Of a DNA stretch of 64,000 bases, positions 39,700 through 53,086 are shown in pieces (the stretch's first letter is position 1; the number at the start of each line of letters is the position of its first letter). Both the position numbers and the translations under genes were made by a program. This DNA comes from Azolla caroliniana. Lineage: Eukaryota; Plantae; Polypodiophyta. A model generated the notes under the pieces. The model was not told the DNA's origin and ran no database searches. It saw nothing but the letters and a program-made list of their open reading frames with translations. The DNA lies in NCBI GenBank assembly GCA_043228905.1, contig JBHGNT010000004.1, forward strand, positions 17,732,001-17,796,000, given 5' to 3'.

Positions 39700-41138
39700 T
39701 TTCACTCTGTACAGCAGTTACACCAATAATTCTATACAAAATAATGACCAACAACACTATAGATGTTTGCCCTAGGTCATATTTATACTAATATGACATT
39801 AGGACTATTTACAAGTATAGCCCCAACGGGCTCTCAGAAACATATTTATCTATATGTCCCTTCATCTGTTGAGAGGTTCTCACCGGGCCTGCATCATCCG
39901 GTTCTCACCGGGTCTTCCTTGCCGGGTACTCATATCCCATCCAAAGGGACCGAAATCCTAACAAAAACGGGGTTGTCTCTGCTTGTCAACATAAAAACGA
40001 GCTCTGTCCTAAGCCATTTTTATATTATTGTGTCATGCATATCCCTTAGAAAGTTGCGTACTTTGTAGCTTATCACGGTGAATGTTGACATCAATTGGGT
40101 CATGTGGCTGAAAAGTTATGTTGCTTTAGTCTTAGTATACACTAAGATGTCATTCAGGTACATTAGGATGAATTTAGTCCAAGTAAAAAACCTTGCATGA
40201 AACAATGGTTTAATCTGGAACAAAACTACAAAACAAAAACGTTCTCATACTTCTTATCACATTTTGTGTCTGACGCCTTGAGGGAAATGGTTCTAATGGA
40301 ACATATAATAAAACTTTATCTCAACTAGGAAGGTTAAGTCATTGTGCTCATGTATTGCAATTAGAGCATTTGCTAGGAAACATATTAATTAAAGCCGATT
40401 TTAGAAATATGATAAGACCATTGACACTTAACTACAGACTTACTTGCTCGAAGCCCATTAACACATTTGCCCATTCAATATTCCTTGTGACAATAAGATC
40501 TGGTCTTCCAAGTAGTGAGGAGATTGTGATCTGTGTAAAAGACGATGATGGAAAATGTGATAAGTTCCTTGCACTCAGTCCTTGACAACAAATCTTGCTT
40601 ATCATTCAGAGTTAAAAAATAAATTTCTTCCCAATCTAGCTGTTAGGTGGTGAGCTAATGACCAATTACATATAATCTATCTCCACCATAAAGAAAAGGC
40701 CCCCCCAAACAGCAGAAATCATACATTATATATACAAGAAGCATTCGTTAATCATTATATATTAACTAAAAGAAGGGCACCAAGTGAATTTAGCATAAGC
40801 ATCAGTTAATCACTGCACTTCCTAATAATCACGGCTAGTTTCACTTAGCTGAGAAATGAACTTAGTTGTACCTGTTCCAGACCAACTGGCACAGATATTT
40901 CCACTGAAGAAGATTGTCGAAAAGTGGCAAATCTGCTTCTTAAATTATACTTATCAAGACGCCGAGCTTTCAGAATCTTCATTCGTTCAGCTAACTGATC
41001 TCGTGTCCATGGATGATTGCACTTTATCTCTGCATGAGTTTGTGTGAACCTATATGATGTGTTATACCATGCCTTTGCACATATTCCAGCCTTTATGATA
41101 GCTTTACTTCTCCTTACTGCGCATAAAATTCCAGACAT
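28073..41138 (-). CDS. Phospholipid scramblase family protein (plant type), 336 aa
   Basis: Exons 41138-40872, 40530-40444, 30739-30698, 30601-30557, 30372-30307, 30227-30171, 30006-29945, 29829-29709, 28562-28443, 28371-28268, 28112-28073; all GT-AG and in phase. Peptides IEWANVLMGFEQENRY, RRWHLWRRIYDLY, ENPGFWNWTF, TDAGQY, LAISLDNDYFSR. Confidence 0.92.
33168..33493 (+). mobile_element. Solo LTR (326 bp)
   Basis: TGTT...AACA ends, perfect 5-bp TSD CGTCA (33163-33167 and 33494-33498), internal TATATAAA. Confidence 0.85.
34040..35078 (+). mobile_element. 5'-truncated RTE/RTEX-like LINE (family A, copy 1) inserted in the copia LTR (CT)n
   Basis: FKYLGLE and MRLSSHALRCETG..CTLC..EYH..C; ends ataatataat + (ctat)n/ct. 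Absent from the other LTR. Confidence 0.9.
35373..39340 (-). pseudogene. Copia gag-PR-IN-RT-RH polyprotein with frameshifts and stops
   Basis: Motifs LLLGSLPDSWE, GHFQKNC, WVVDFG, LWHKRMCH, FIDD..NGGEY..ERMNRT, QLDVKTAFLHGDL, LYGLKQAPRQW, YVDD, AVKWILRYLKGT. Confidence 0.9.
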
Positions 41139-41569
41139 GATTATATAGTTTGTTTGTGCTAATTTTATGCCTTTTTCCTGATATGCTCTGGGAACAGAGT
41201 TGAAGGAAATGTCGTGATATGAAGATGAGATGTGGCCTCAAAACTGCAAAAAGAAGATCCAGGAGAACATTCATTTGTGGTTACCTATGGAAGCTTCACA
41301 AAATAATCAGAAAAGATGCACAATGGAAGTATAGGCATTATGCTCCATCAACCTGGCTGACTTTTTGTCTTTGATATGCTCAGGAACTAGAAGACGTTTT
41401 AGTACAAATACCGAGATGGAACTTTGAGTAAACTGCACAATAAGATCAGTAGAAGACTCAGAAAGAAATCCTATCAGCACAACAAAATACACTAGAAAGG
41501 ATCCTATTTTGTTGTGTGGAACCTTCTGGCCTTTAGTCTCCGGTGCTCAAGACATATAGTTACTGAACA

Positions 41570-41760
41570 CAAAGATAAGCAGAAGAATTGGAAAAGGCTA
41601 GTGATACACTCCAAGAAACCTGTATTGACAAAGATGACATTGTTTACAAGATGTGGTGTTAAGAAAACTGCACAAGAAGATAAGCAGAAGACTTGGAAAA
41701 AGCTAGTGATTACACTCCAAGGAACCTGTATTGACAAAGATGAAATTGTTTACAAGAGCG
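41570..41760. repeat. ~105-bp direct repeat in a degenerate TE-like segment
   Basis: aagataagcagaaga..gctagtgat..ctgtattgacaaagatga at ~41572 and ~41677. Confidence 0.7.
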
Positions 41761-43093
41761 CTAGTGTTTATTCTCCATGGAACATATTTATGTAAAAAAG
41801 GAAAGGGATGGAACTGTTTAGAAGAAAACATACAGAAGATCAAGATGAATTAAGCCTAGGAATTATGCTCCAAGGGAGACCTGCTGACCCCTTGAGTCTG
41901 ATACTGAATGAAAAGTTTGATGCAAAGACAGAAACTGAGCAAGACAATGAGCAGAAAACTCAGAAGAAGGTTGGGATTATGATTCATGGAATCTGTGTTT
42001 GTAATGATGAAGAGAACCTAAAATTTTAATTGTTCAGAAGAAGATCGTTCAAAATTTCGTTTCTTCAATGGATTAACCTGTAAGGTAATTACAATGAAGA
42101 AAGGTGTCTATAAAAAAGAGTCTGTTCAGAAGAAGATCAGCAGAAGATACTTTATATGCACAGGAAAGATTATGTTTTTAGGAGCCATGGACGTTATGTT
42201 TACAACTTATAGGAATTCCCAAGAAACATAAGAAGATGATCAACAGAAAAATCTACATGAAATTAGCCTTTGAAACCTTCGTTTTACAAAGACAAGAGAC
42301 TGCAAAGGCGATCCAGAGCACGTATAATAGGTATGGATTACCATTGCTCACCTGTGTTTACGACTCCAAAATCTGCTTACAAGGACCTGTCCAGAAGATC
42401 CACGGGAAAAAGCTAGGTTCAAAGCTCTCCATGGAAAATCTGCATTTACATTAAATACGCAATCCAAATTCAAGAAACGGTTCAGAAGAACCTCCATTTT
42501 AAAATGGCTACCAATGAAATCTGAGCTCTAATGAATAACCTGGGTTTACAATGACGAAATCTGTTCCCGCAAAAACTTTGTCCAGAAGAATGTCCACAGT
42601 AAAAATGCAAAGGACTAAGCTGAAGCTTCCATTGAAGGCTATGTTTCCAAATAGGACATGCGTGGGTACAGATATTTGTTTATTTATACAGCGAATTGCC
42701 TGCACCAAATTGCGAGCGTTTTCCTCTCTCTGGTAATCAGGACGTGCAGAAGAAGAAGAAGAAGAAGACGATGAAGAAGAATCAAAAGGCTAGGATTTCT
42801 GATCCATGGAAAACACCAAATCGGGACGGGCGTAGCTGCATATGTATGTATGTATGTATGAGGATCGGAAAGGGTTTGACGAGCGCGCAGACGTTGGTGG
42901 TGGTGTTTTACTTCGTGTATTTCCTCTTCCTCAACAGTAGAAGAAGACGAAGAAGAAGAAGAAGAAGAAAGCGATTGATTTTGAATGAAATGTGTCTGAA
43001 ATGTGTCCAGAGACACAGAGACATATCTTTCTAATGTCCGGCGATTAATGTCCACAGGAGAGGCCGATTGCAATCTATGGGACGGGGCCTAGC

Positions 43094-43098
<5 letters not shown>

Positions 43099-43146
<48 letters not shown>

Positions 43147-44360
43147 ATTATCATTTTCGGAGGTCAAATATGACCTGTGAGACCAAAAATATTCCATTTC
43201 ATGTGATATGTGTGAAAGTGAGTAGCGACTCTCGATCTTCAAGAACTTTACCAAATGAATGTTGTAATTGAGAGTGCACATTGTGGTGGTTGTGAGAGAA
43301 ATTCGTGTAAGGATTCGGCTTAGTCGAAGATGTGTGGAACGCATGGTCGAATATGATCAAAGGCAGCGAGCATTGTATCAAAGTGTGATACTCAGACTCG
43401 TGAACTTGTTTATGGCAAAGTGTGCATAGTCGACCACTCTCATCACTTGTGCCCCAATGCCCCGTCTCACATTGCAATGCATGTGAGCTAAGTCGCATAG
43501 AAGCAATGGTTCGAATGGTAGACAACGGGATGGGCTCTAACATGTATTGATGTGTACGGTTTCCTCGTTCCACGAAGAATATAGTTTTGTAGTTAGGTGA
43601 AACATGTGTAGTATAATGTGTGAAGCGTGACCCTCCACATTTTTCCCATGTCATGATATACTGGCTTTGCAAAAAGGCCTCATTTATAGAGGAATCTAGT
43701 GATGCATCATGAAGCAAATGTGTTGCATCCCATCTACCAAACCACTTTTTCATATCTTGCATCCAACCGGAACTCAAAATTTTGCTTTTATGCATCTTTT
43801 TTGGATTTTTTTGCTTGTTTCCCATGCAATTCTAGGAAAGTCGATGTAATGGACTTTTTGAACCTTAAGAATGTATTCAACAACCCTTTTCATGGCCATG
43901 ACCTCAATGGGAAGTGATCTTGTCTCAAGGAGGAGGAGTATGTATGACATTTGTTTATTAACTTATAGAAACAGTCTAAGAAAATGTTTTTGGACATTTT
44001 CAAACTCTTTCCAAGTAGATTTAGGGATGCAACCACTCCATATTTCCACCCCATAGAGAAACATTGATGTTACCAAAGTGTCGAAAAGATATTTCTTGAG
44101 AACCCAACACTTAATATCTCCACGATTGCATGTGTTCTCAAATGTATAATATGCTTGCTTTCCCGCCTCTAAGCAGCGTGTACCACATTCATTCCATCTA
44201 CGATTTGAAGGAGCTTCAAACCCAAGATATTTGAAGTTTTCCACACATTCAAGTGGTTCATTATTGTACATAATGCATGACTTACCGTTTTTTTGGCTCT
44301 TCACAATCATGATCTTTGTTTTAGAGCAATTGACACTTAATTTAGTATGCATGCAAAATT
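43099..44360 (-). mobile_element. LINE family A, copy 2
   Basis: ORFs 43199-43825 and 43963-44352 match copy 1; (CT)n tail at 43099-43142. Confidence 0.9.
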
Positions 44361-44371
44361 ATGATGAGCAA

Positions 44372-44774
44372 AGAGAGAGAGAGAGAGATTATATTATCAT
44401 CTTTGGAGGTCAAATATGACCTGTGAGACCAAAAATATTCCATTTCACGTGATACGTGTGAAAGTGAGTAGTGACTCTCGATGTTCAAGAACTTTACCAA
44501 TGAATGTTGCAATCGAGTGTGCACATTGTGGTTGTGAGAGAAATTTGTGCAAGGATTGGGCTCGGTCGAAGAAATGTTGAAAGCATGGTCAAATATGATA
44601 AAAGACAGATCATTGCATCAAAGTGTGATACTCAGATTCGCGAACTTGTTTAGGGCAAAGTGTACATAGAAGACCACTGTCATCACTTGTGCCCCAACGC
44701 CCTGTCTCACATCGCAATGCATGTGAGCTAAGTTGCATGGAAGCAATGGTTCGAATGGCAGATAATGGGATGGG
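44372..44774 (-). mobile_element. LINE family A, copy 3 (short 3' end)
   Basis: Same 3' end and (CT)n tail, head-to-tail with copy 2. Confidence 0.88.
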
Positions 44775-47700
44775 AGAAAGAAAGAAATATTAATGTCTTC
44801 TTAAGGCCACAATTGGCCCATGAGACAATTGGTTTACAACAAAATGGGTATTTATCTAATCATCAAAACTAAAATAAAATAAAGTAAAAATAGAACTTAA
44901 ACTAAAAGAGTTTTAGTAGTGTACAAAATGTGGTATACTTGATAAAAGGAAGTGACTTTGCACTAAGCCTAATTTCATTTCCACCCAAGCCTCTCGAAAA
45001 GAACTAGGAGGTCAAAGGGTTTTGGTGTGGGTGTGACCCATGGTCTCAATGTATAGAGTGCCCCAACCATGGCTTCTAGGCGGTGTAGCTCACGTTCCCT
45101 TATTTTCTTTATTGCTTCTACACGTCGAGTTACTTTGAAACCCGGCCTCTAAGGGCGTTTGGTTCTTCTTTGGTTTTCTGCTTCATCAAGGAAAAGGCTG
45201 AGTGGTGTAGGTGTGTCGACATTCGTTGTCTCCCCCTGTTCTTGAAAAACTTCATTTATTACATGTTGGTGAACAATAGCAACATTATTGTCAGCGTTTT
45301 GTAACTTATTCTTTCTGTGTTGTTTTAGCTCTAGGATGTATCTGCCTAATTTCTTTATATCTAGAGTATCTAATAGTTTGGGAAGGGTAGGAGAGGAACC
45401 AAGTATGTCTTGGTATTTTGCCCTTATCTGGGGTAGGTGGGACACTTGCATGTAAAGTGGTACTCATCCTCTATATCTATGTGGCATAACTTACATATCC
45501 TTTCCTCCCTAGGGACTCCATTAGTACAACCATTCTCAATCTCAAGTTGGTGAGATGATATTCTAAGTTGTCCAATGGCAACCCTTAGTGCATGTGGTAA
45601 GAAGGGGGGAGGTTATTAATGTCTAGACCATTTGCAAGAAGCTAACTCACCATCATGCCATACCATGAGCTAGTATAGCCGGAGTCATATAGTGATCGAG
45701 AGGCCTTAAAGGCTTGATAGGATATTCTATCATGTGGTCTGTTATGTATCTTGTGGATAAAGACTACAAGTTGAAAAAGTGCCTCTACTAACATCGGGGC
45801 TAAAGTGAACTCAGCCCTAATAATGTCATGTGGTACTGTCGATTTGCTTCGAAGTTGGCGCAATAACATTATCACCAATGGTCTCTCTAATTGTGTCCAC
45901 ATGAAGGATGGTAGTCTTGGAGCCCAAACCACTGATGCATACATCAAGGAGGGAGTCACTAATGAGTCAAAGAGCCACCCTTTAGTCCGTGGCTCTTGAA
46001 AGTATGCTTGATGGTATTGACTCTCAAGGAGTGAGAGGGATGCATGTCCTCTCGTAAGTCTATATCCTTTGTTGATTGTGTCATCGAAAATTTACCTAAG
46101 CGGGCACTAAAAGTGACTCCGAGATAGACATATGATCCAACCACCTCAACTGGGTTATGGGAGATAGTTAGGTGACACTTAGCTCTAACTTGAGCCGATG
46201 TGTGGAAGATAAGGACTTTAGTTTTCCCTAGATTCATTGCCAAACCTCGTTGTGTGCAAAAGTCATCTAAGGCATTAAGGTGCCTTTGTAGGTCGTGTTC
46301 GGATTTAGAGAGCAAAACTATGTCGTCTGCATAGAGCAAGATACGAACCTGTGTATCCCCAAGGACTACTCCGTTGCCTCCCTTACGATCCATGTAGATC
46401 CTAAAAAGAGTCGGAGATAGGGGGCAACCTTGTTTTACACCAATAGTGCTAGTGAAACAATTGGATAGGCCACTTGGGCATCGAACACACCTAGACACTT
46501 GTTCATATAGTGCGTAGATGGCCCAAACCATGTCATATGGTATCCTCAAGCTTTTAAGCTCTCTAGGGACCGTGTCAAAGGCTTTGCGGAAGTCCACAAA
46601 ACAACAATATAATTTCTTCTTGCAAGCCTTAATCAGGTCAATTAAGCATCTAACTGTGAAGATATGATCAATAGTGGAGAAGGCTCGTCTAAAGCCAGCC
46701 TGTTCAGGTGTGCGAAGATTTAGGGTCTCCATATAATCACTAAGCTCTTGCCTCCATTACTGCACCATATAATTTAGCAAGGGTATGACCTATCATAATG
46801 GTCCTATATGTATTTGGGTCCATGGGGTCCCCCCCTTTATGTATGGGGGCCACTGTGTTCATAGTCCATTGTGGTGGAAAACCCTCCGCGAGGGCATGAT
46901 TGAAGATTAGAGTTAGCAAGGGAGCTAGGCACTCTCTCGCATATATGATGTGTTCTGCTCGCAATCTTGTGTGGTTCATGGGCATCCTATGTTGTAATTT
47001 CTTTATGACCTTCGCGACCCTAAAGGTCATGAAAAGTGTCCCCACGGTAGGTCGGGGTGTAGAAGGCATTGGAATGGGTGGTTGGTTTGGCATTTGGTAA
47101 AGTATCTCTGGATATGTGTGCTAGGTTTCGGATCTTCGATGGGTGTTTGTGGTCTTGGTTCCCGTAATCTCTTCCATGCAGTGGCACAATCGCTACTCAT
47201 GAGCATATGGTAGAGTTCCCAATATTGGGATGCCTCCCATGCTCATCTCTTACGACGTGTCATCTTGCACATTTCTTTGCGAGCTTGTATTGAGGTAATA
47301 CTACCACTGAGTTGCGATATTGTAAGTTGTGTATGTAAGTTCCTACAATCCTCATCATACCATCTATTTTGTGGCATAGATCCTAATCTACCTTGATTGG
47401 AGTGTTTCGTATATGGGAAACTGCTAACTGTTGCAGAGTGAAGGATGTGTGTGAGTTTCGTACTAAGGCTCTCTAAAGGTAGGGAGGGATCAAGGGAGGA
47501 GAGATGGGCTTGAACATGTCGAGAGTATATGTCAGAGAGGTCATGTGTGAAATGTATTGTGGTGTGATGGCATGGTTGACTATATTTGGTGATGTTAGAG
47601 ATATCACATTTTAGTTCGAAGTATAAGAAACTATGGTCCGCGCCAATAGGGCATGGGGCCACCCGAAAGGAGTTAATCATGTGGGTAGCTTCATGGCGTC

Positions 47701-49150
47701 CTATTAGATAATCAACTGTGCTTTCCCCTCCTCCATGTGGGAAACATGTGAGCTCTTCCGAGCTTGGCCACTTGGCTAAACCATTATATATGACCATCTG
47801 GTGCCGACTGCAAAGTTCGAGCAAATGATGGCCAAAGCTCGTGGCGTCTGCACGTTGATCCTTTGATCTACGTGTGGTGCATATGTCTAAAGGATTGACA
47901 TTTACCATTTCTAGGTTTCTATTCATCTGAAATATTGTGCATTGTCGGGATTGGGTTCTCGCATTGAAGTCTCCTACAAGGAATACTTCTCCTTCGGAAG
48001 AATATCGGATTATGTCGTTTGATAGAGGTTCGTATGGGGAAGGCCCATGTGGCACTCCTTCATCAACTAATCTCGCCTCACCAACCAGATTATAACAAGA
48101 TCCTTTCGGTGGAAAGTAATAAATGGCGACAAATACTGCCTTGTCCTTGGTTGTGGAGACTTTCACCTACATAAAACGAGCTTTTGGGTCTGTCCTCAGT
48201 ATTTCTATCCTATTATGTAGCTCTCTCCGAAACAATATTGCGACACCTCCAGATCCCCTCGTAGTGCATCGACGTGAGGTTTGTCTAAAAGCGGACTCCC
48301 AATGAAATCCTTCGACTCGTGGGAGTCTTCTATTTGGGCTTTGGTGTGTTTCTACCAAGAAAAGTATATCTGATACCTTTAATATCTCCTCTAGGTGGCC
48401 GAGGTGTGTCCAAAGTGCTTCGTTACAATTCTATAAGGTCATCCTAAGTGTATTTTCTATCATATGGGCCACACACTGTCAATTAGTAGTACAATCATTT
48501 ATGATCACTCATCCGTCTCGATAAAAGGCGCGATGCCCTTCTTTAGGAGCTTGCATAACTCGTGGCATACAACTCTTGCGATGCTCAATTTGCATCTTAG
48601 TGAGGTCTTCATTGAGATAGATAAGGTCCCCACCCAATCCTCGAAGAATTGGTCTCTTCTTAAAGAAAGTGATTCTAGAGTCAAAGTCTTTAAATTGAAG
48701 GACTAAGGCTCTCTTCCTAGTTGTGTCACGTCCGGCCCTCCAAAATTTGGTGATAGGTAGGGCTGTTGTGTACCCTAACATTTTCCCAAGTGTTTGTGCA
48801 TCCTTGTCTAGGGATGCACCTTCCTTGAACCCAGTGACACATACATTTAAGTGTCAGGCCTGACGCATTTTCTCTTCTTCAAGGGTGGTATTAACAATAT
48901 TTTCATCTTTGATTTCTTTTCTAATGTTTCTTTTAACCACATCTACCCAACCTGTTTTAGCTAACTCTATGTTATTTTTAACTTCCTCTTTAACTTTTTT
49001 AATCTCGTCTTTTATATCCTCTATGAAGGATATTTCACCGTCCTCCCGAGATACCTCGATGTCATTAAGTTGTTTGAGATGTTGGAGAAGGACAAACACT
49101 ATTTTTGATGTATCGTTCTGCTACGATATCCTTTTCCTTAGTTCTTTGGC
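44775..49150 (-). mobile_element. Near full-length two-ORF LINE (family B, RTEX/L2-like), degenerate
   Basis: ORF1 (WVDVVK, LIYLNEDLT). APE endonuclease (LVETH, SGGVAIL, VGDFNAR, TVDYL, DH). RT (EQAGFR, VDFRKAFD, GVKQGCPLSP, LYADD, YLG). C-terminal LRISSHQLEIENG..ICKLC. Tail (TTTC)n. Confidence 0.88.
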
Positions 49151-49429
49151 TCATTTCGAAGCTTCCACAGAGGGCTTTCCAAAGAGTATGTGCACATATC
49201 ATTTGGTGGTTTCTGTAGAAATTTACGAGTAAAATGATCATTCGTTTGTATGCATCTCATGGTCGCATGCTTTGTTTCCTTCTCCAACAAAATTACTTGT
49301 AAGTGAGCTCTCTCATATTTTTTGTCATATGGATGTTAGTGTTTTCATGAATATGGACGCGTTTCCGAATTCCTCAAAGGATGCATGCATGGTTGAGTCA
49401 GTAGAAAGTCCAAGAGGGGATGGTAAAAG

Positions 49430-50680
49430 ACAACGATGTATTGGATATAATACTAATGATATGTCTTATGTTGATGCAATGCGACAGGATGATATTGAGA
49501 AAGATGATAGTCATTGGGAACATTTAAGATGCATGAAAAGTATACTAATGGAAGATTGTATAAGGGAGAATGTAAAAGTTGTAGAGGAGTTTGTTGACGA
49601 TGAAGTGGTTAAGGTAGAAATAGACAATAAGGAGTTTTTGGGCTCATTTGCTAATTTTTTTAATAGAGGGGTCATATTGTTTTTCACAAGGAAGATACCT
49701 TTCCTTTGGAGGGTCAAACAATGGTTATGTGGGGTTTTACAAGCTGATTGTGTTCAAGATGTTTATGCCGGTCCTCGTGGGTTTTATGAGGTTATTTTGG
49801 TATCACAAGAGTATAAAGAGAAATTACTCAAAAAATTGCCAATTTTTTATGTGAAAAGTTTGGTTCATATGTTCCGTGGAGGCCACTAGTGGAATACCAA
49901 GATATATTGAAGCAAGAGTGTCCTATATGGGTTGAGGTAGAGCGTACATATTCAGTGGTCTAGCCAATATTATGATCATCAATGGAAATGTTGGCAAAGA
50001 TCTTGGTATCCCCTAGTGGTAATGCTCAAAATCTATATCGGATGTGTATTCTTTGGAATATTGCTATAAAGAGGCCAAGTTGTTTACAAATTGCATGCTT
50101 TGGTATGCCATTGTGGGGTACATTTGCAGGATATTATTTCCATTGTGGTGAGATATGGCATTTTATGGCTGACGGTCCTCAAAAAAGAAATAATGTATTG
50201 GAAGTGGTACATGAAGAGTCTACAAATCATGACCATATTCAAACTTTAACAATTTCAGAGCAAATAAAGGAACCACAAATTGTGAATTACAAGGATGGAA
50301 AGACTCTAGAGGATGAAGGGCAATGGTCAATAGTTTTTGGAAAGATGAAGAAGTGTAATAAGAATGTTGGGAATAATGTATCTATGGAGAAGGTAACATT
50401 GATTCAACAAACAAATTCCATGCAGAATAGATCATGGGGTCGTCAGGAGGACTATCCAAAGAAATTGTCTTTTGATAATAAAGGTAATTTTTATGTTCCT
50501 TGGAATAAACGGAAACTAGTGCCTTGTTCACAAGAGGAGCCACTAGGGTTTGGAGTTTTACATTCCCATAGTAATTCGTATGCAATCTTAGGGGATTTAT
50601 TTCAAGATATGGTAGAAACATTAGTAGTGAAGGAGAAGGAGATTTCTAAAATTAAAGGAAAAAATGAAGTATGAAGATAT
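49430..50680 (+). pseudogene. Degenerate L1 ORF1 (DUF4283-like region plus zinc-knuckle remnant)
   Basis: GFYEVIL..KEKLL, CPIWVEV and FHCGEIWHFMAD. Followed by ATGAAGATA, which resembles a truncated ORF2 start. Confidence 0.6.
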
Positions 50681-52019
50681 TCATAACTTTCATTATTCTT
50701 CTTCTTCTTATTACTATTAATCTCAGTTGATTAGCCAACTAATTGACTCCTATGTCGATTTTCTAGTCGGCTTGACTAGCCAACTCCCATGTCGGCTATC
50801 CAGTCGACCCGACTAGTCGGCCTTCTCCTTGACCTGGAGCATCCATGATGTAGTTGACTATTATTGTTGACTCTCTCTATCTCCTTAAGAATAGTTGACA
50901 ACCCTATCGACTCGCTGGTCAATCTGACCGACCATCCAATGTTCGGCTTGTCTCTAAAAAAACTCAAAGAATGATACAATATTTTAGTTCGAGCTTATCT
51001 AGGAATAAGTATGAAATGATATCATAGATGTTGCACTATATGGCATTACCCTTACAGTGATAAGGTTCAACCTTGGCTAATCACTAATATCGTGCTTGAA
51101 CTCCCTTGCCTTGATCATAATGTTCATAATTAAAACTCCTAACATTGTTCTATTGGTTCAAACAATCTATTAGAGAAGAAGTGCATTACTAGATGCATGA
51201 AACTGATTATTAGCATGATGAGCCACAATCAAATATAGCACTAGGGGTAATATGTAAAGCAAAAGGACTGCAAAATATCCATTGCCCTCTTATAAAAAGA
51301 GATGATGATGATATTTTGATGTTTGTTGTGGGTCAAAATCATGATCTAAATTATTATTCCTGTCCAAAATGTCAACATACTTCTTGAGAATTGCATTATA
51401 TGTTGAGCATGAGAGAAGTAATCCTCCACTAGGTTTTGCATTGCTTGCATATATTCATACTTACGTGATGATGACATGATGGTACCTCAACAACCACCTT
51501 GTATGAGTAGGTTCAAATAAGTGTAAAGACTCCATAAGAGCCTGAGACTCATGGAAGTAGTAAGATGCAACTCAATACATTTTGGCATTCTTACCTTGTA
51601 TTTGGGCCAATGTCAAGGGTTAACCAAAGCATATCTATTGAGGGTTACCTTGTAGTGGGCCTATACATCGGTAACAATCCATCCAGATGAAGAAACCTAT
51701 AACACCTCCAAATCCCTCCCTAAAGAATGTTGGACTTCTAGTCTCCTAGATAGCATGTGAAATTGCAAGCATTGAATTGCTCATCCTCTTTGACAATTTG
51801 GTTAAATAGCAACCCTTGGATTGGTTGTCACCCTTCACTCTTGCAATTTTATTTTGAACATCACCACCATTATTTTCTATTTCTTTACCACATGTTCACA
51901 TCGGGTTCACCATGATTTAGTGCAGAAGTGCATGAGATTCATGCATGTGCGCATGAAACCACAAGGTTATGGGCTAGAGGTCCAAGATGTCTCTAAGAAT
52001 ATGTAAGAGGCATTGAGAC

Positions 52020-52110
52020 AAAGTGTACGCAGCTTAATACCTTGGCCCATGAGGTTTTGAACCACCGACCATTGAATTTGAAACAACACACTTAACCAGC
52101 TGAACAAATA
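52020..52110 (-). mobile_element. tRNA-derived SINE-like head
   Basis: On the minus strand, A-box-like tgttcagctggtta and B-box-like ggttcaaaacc at tRNA-like spacing; no full cloverleaf. Confidence 0.4.
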
Positions 52111-53086
52111 GTAATATAAAAACATAGCTTTTAAGGGACCAAGGTAAGTAACATGAGAAATAGGTACATTTTGGGTAGGATATTCAATACTATATTTGCA
52201 TCCCCTTCTTGAGAAACATGTACATTTTGATTGTATTACTAGTTGTGTCTAGTAGTCATTTGTTTTGGAAGACTCCAAAACAAGGACATTCCTAGTTGAG
52301 GCAAACCAGAAGATTCAAATGATACCACTTGGCAACAACATAGAGCTGCTGAAAATATAGTGGTAAATGGTGTTGTATATCCAACAATTCCAATGAGACA
52401 ACATCCACTAATTGACCACCAACACGAACGTTATTTTATGATAAGGTTTTGCCAACACCAAATATAGTGGTAAATTTTATATATCTAACTATTGGAATCA
52501 GAAAACACCCCTGATTGACCAGTAACATGCATGTTTAATTGATAAAAAGGTTTCGCCAACACATCAGTCAGCTCCCATACAAGCCCTTTGGATTTTGAAA
52601 TCACATTCGGAAATATCTATTGTTGGTAGATAGTTATATGTTTTTGCAAAGTCCTATAGATTTGTTGTATTCTCATAAACTTATTTTACTTAATGCATGA
52701 AAAGAAAACATGGAGTAGCCATAAAGAAAAACATCCCAAACAACCAAGTGAACACTTGGATTGTGTGGTTGCATGGCAAGTTTTCCATACTGAAGATATT
52801 TCATAGTTTTGCTTGATTGTTACTTCATTCACTATATACTTGCCGGCCTTGAATGTCTAATGAAAAAACTAGTTAAAACACCAATTGATGATATACACAC
52901 AATGTATGTGTATATGCACACATACACACATCCATAATATACAACAAATTCTTCATAATACATTTTTTTTTTTCTGTTCTCTTGAAATCATTGATCCTGA
53001 ATGATTAATTTTCCTGGATCTATATATAATTACAAGTTTTATTTTGGCCAGGAAACTTTCCTAAACAAATAGATACAATTTTATAT

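Larger units (their letters stand above)
33710..39963 (-). mobile_element. Full-length Ty1/copia element (Tnt1/Tork-like), degenerate
   Basis: LTRs at 39370-39963 and 33710-35357 (the latter interrupted). iMet PBS TGGTATCAGAGC at 39355-39366, PPT at 35358-35371, TSD gaaac/aaaac (one mismatch). Confidence 0.94.
32900..40230 (-). mobile_element. Old chromovirus (gypsy) integrase/chromodomain remnant, split by later insertions
   Basis: Three pieces join across the inserts: ~39964-40230 (DRARFYVDKQRQPR), 33499-33709 (GQKVFLR..FFGPF..AYRFELP..YHVSHLK) and ~32900-33167 (PEKILDS.., KIKW, DLTWE chromodomain-like). Confidence 0.65.

Noticed and set aside
50700-52000. Possible gypsy remnant
   Set aside because: No diagnostic motif or termini that I can support.
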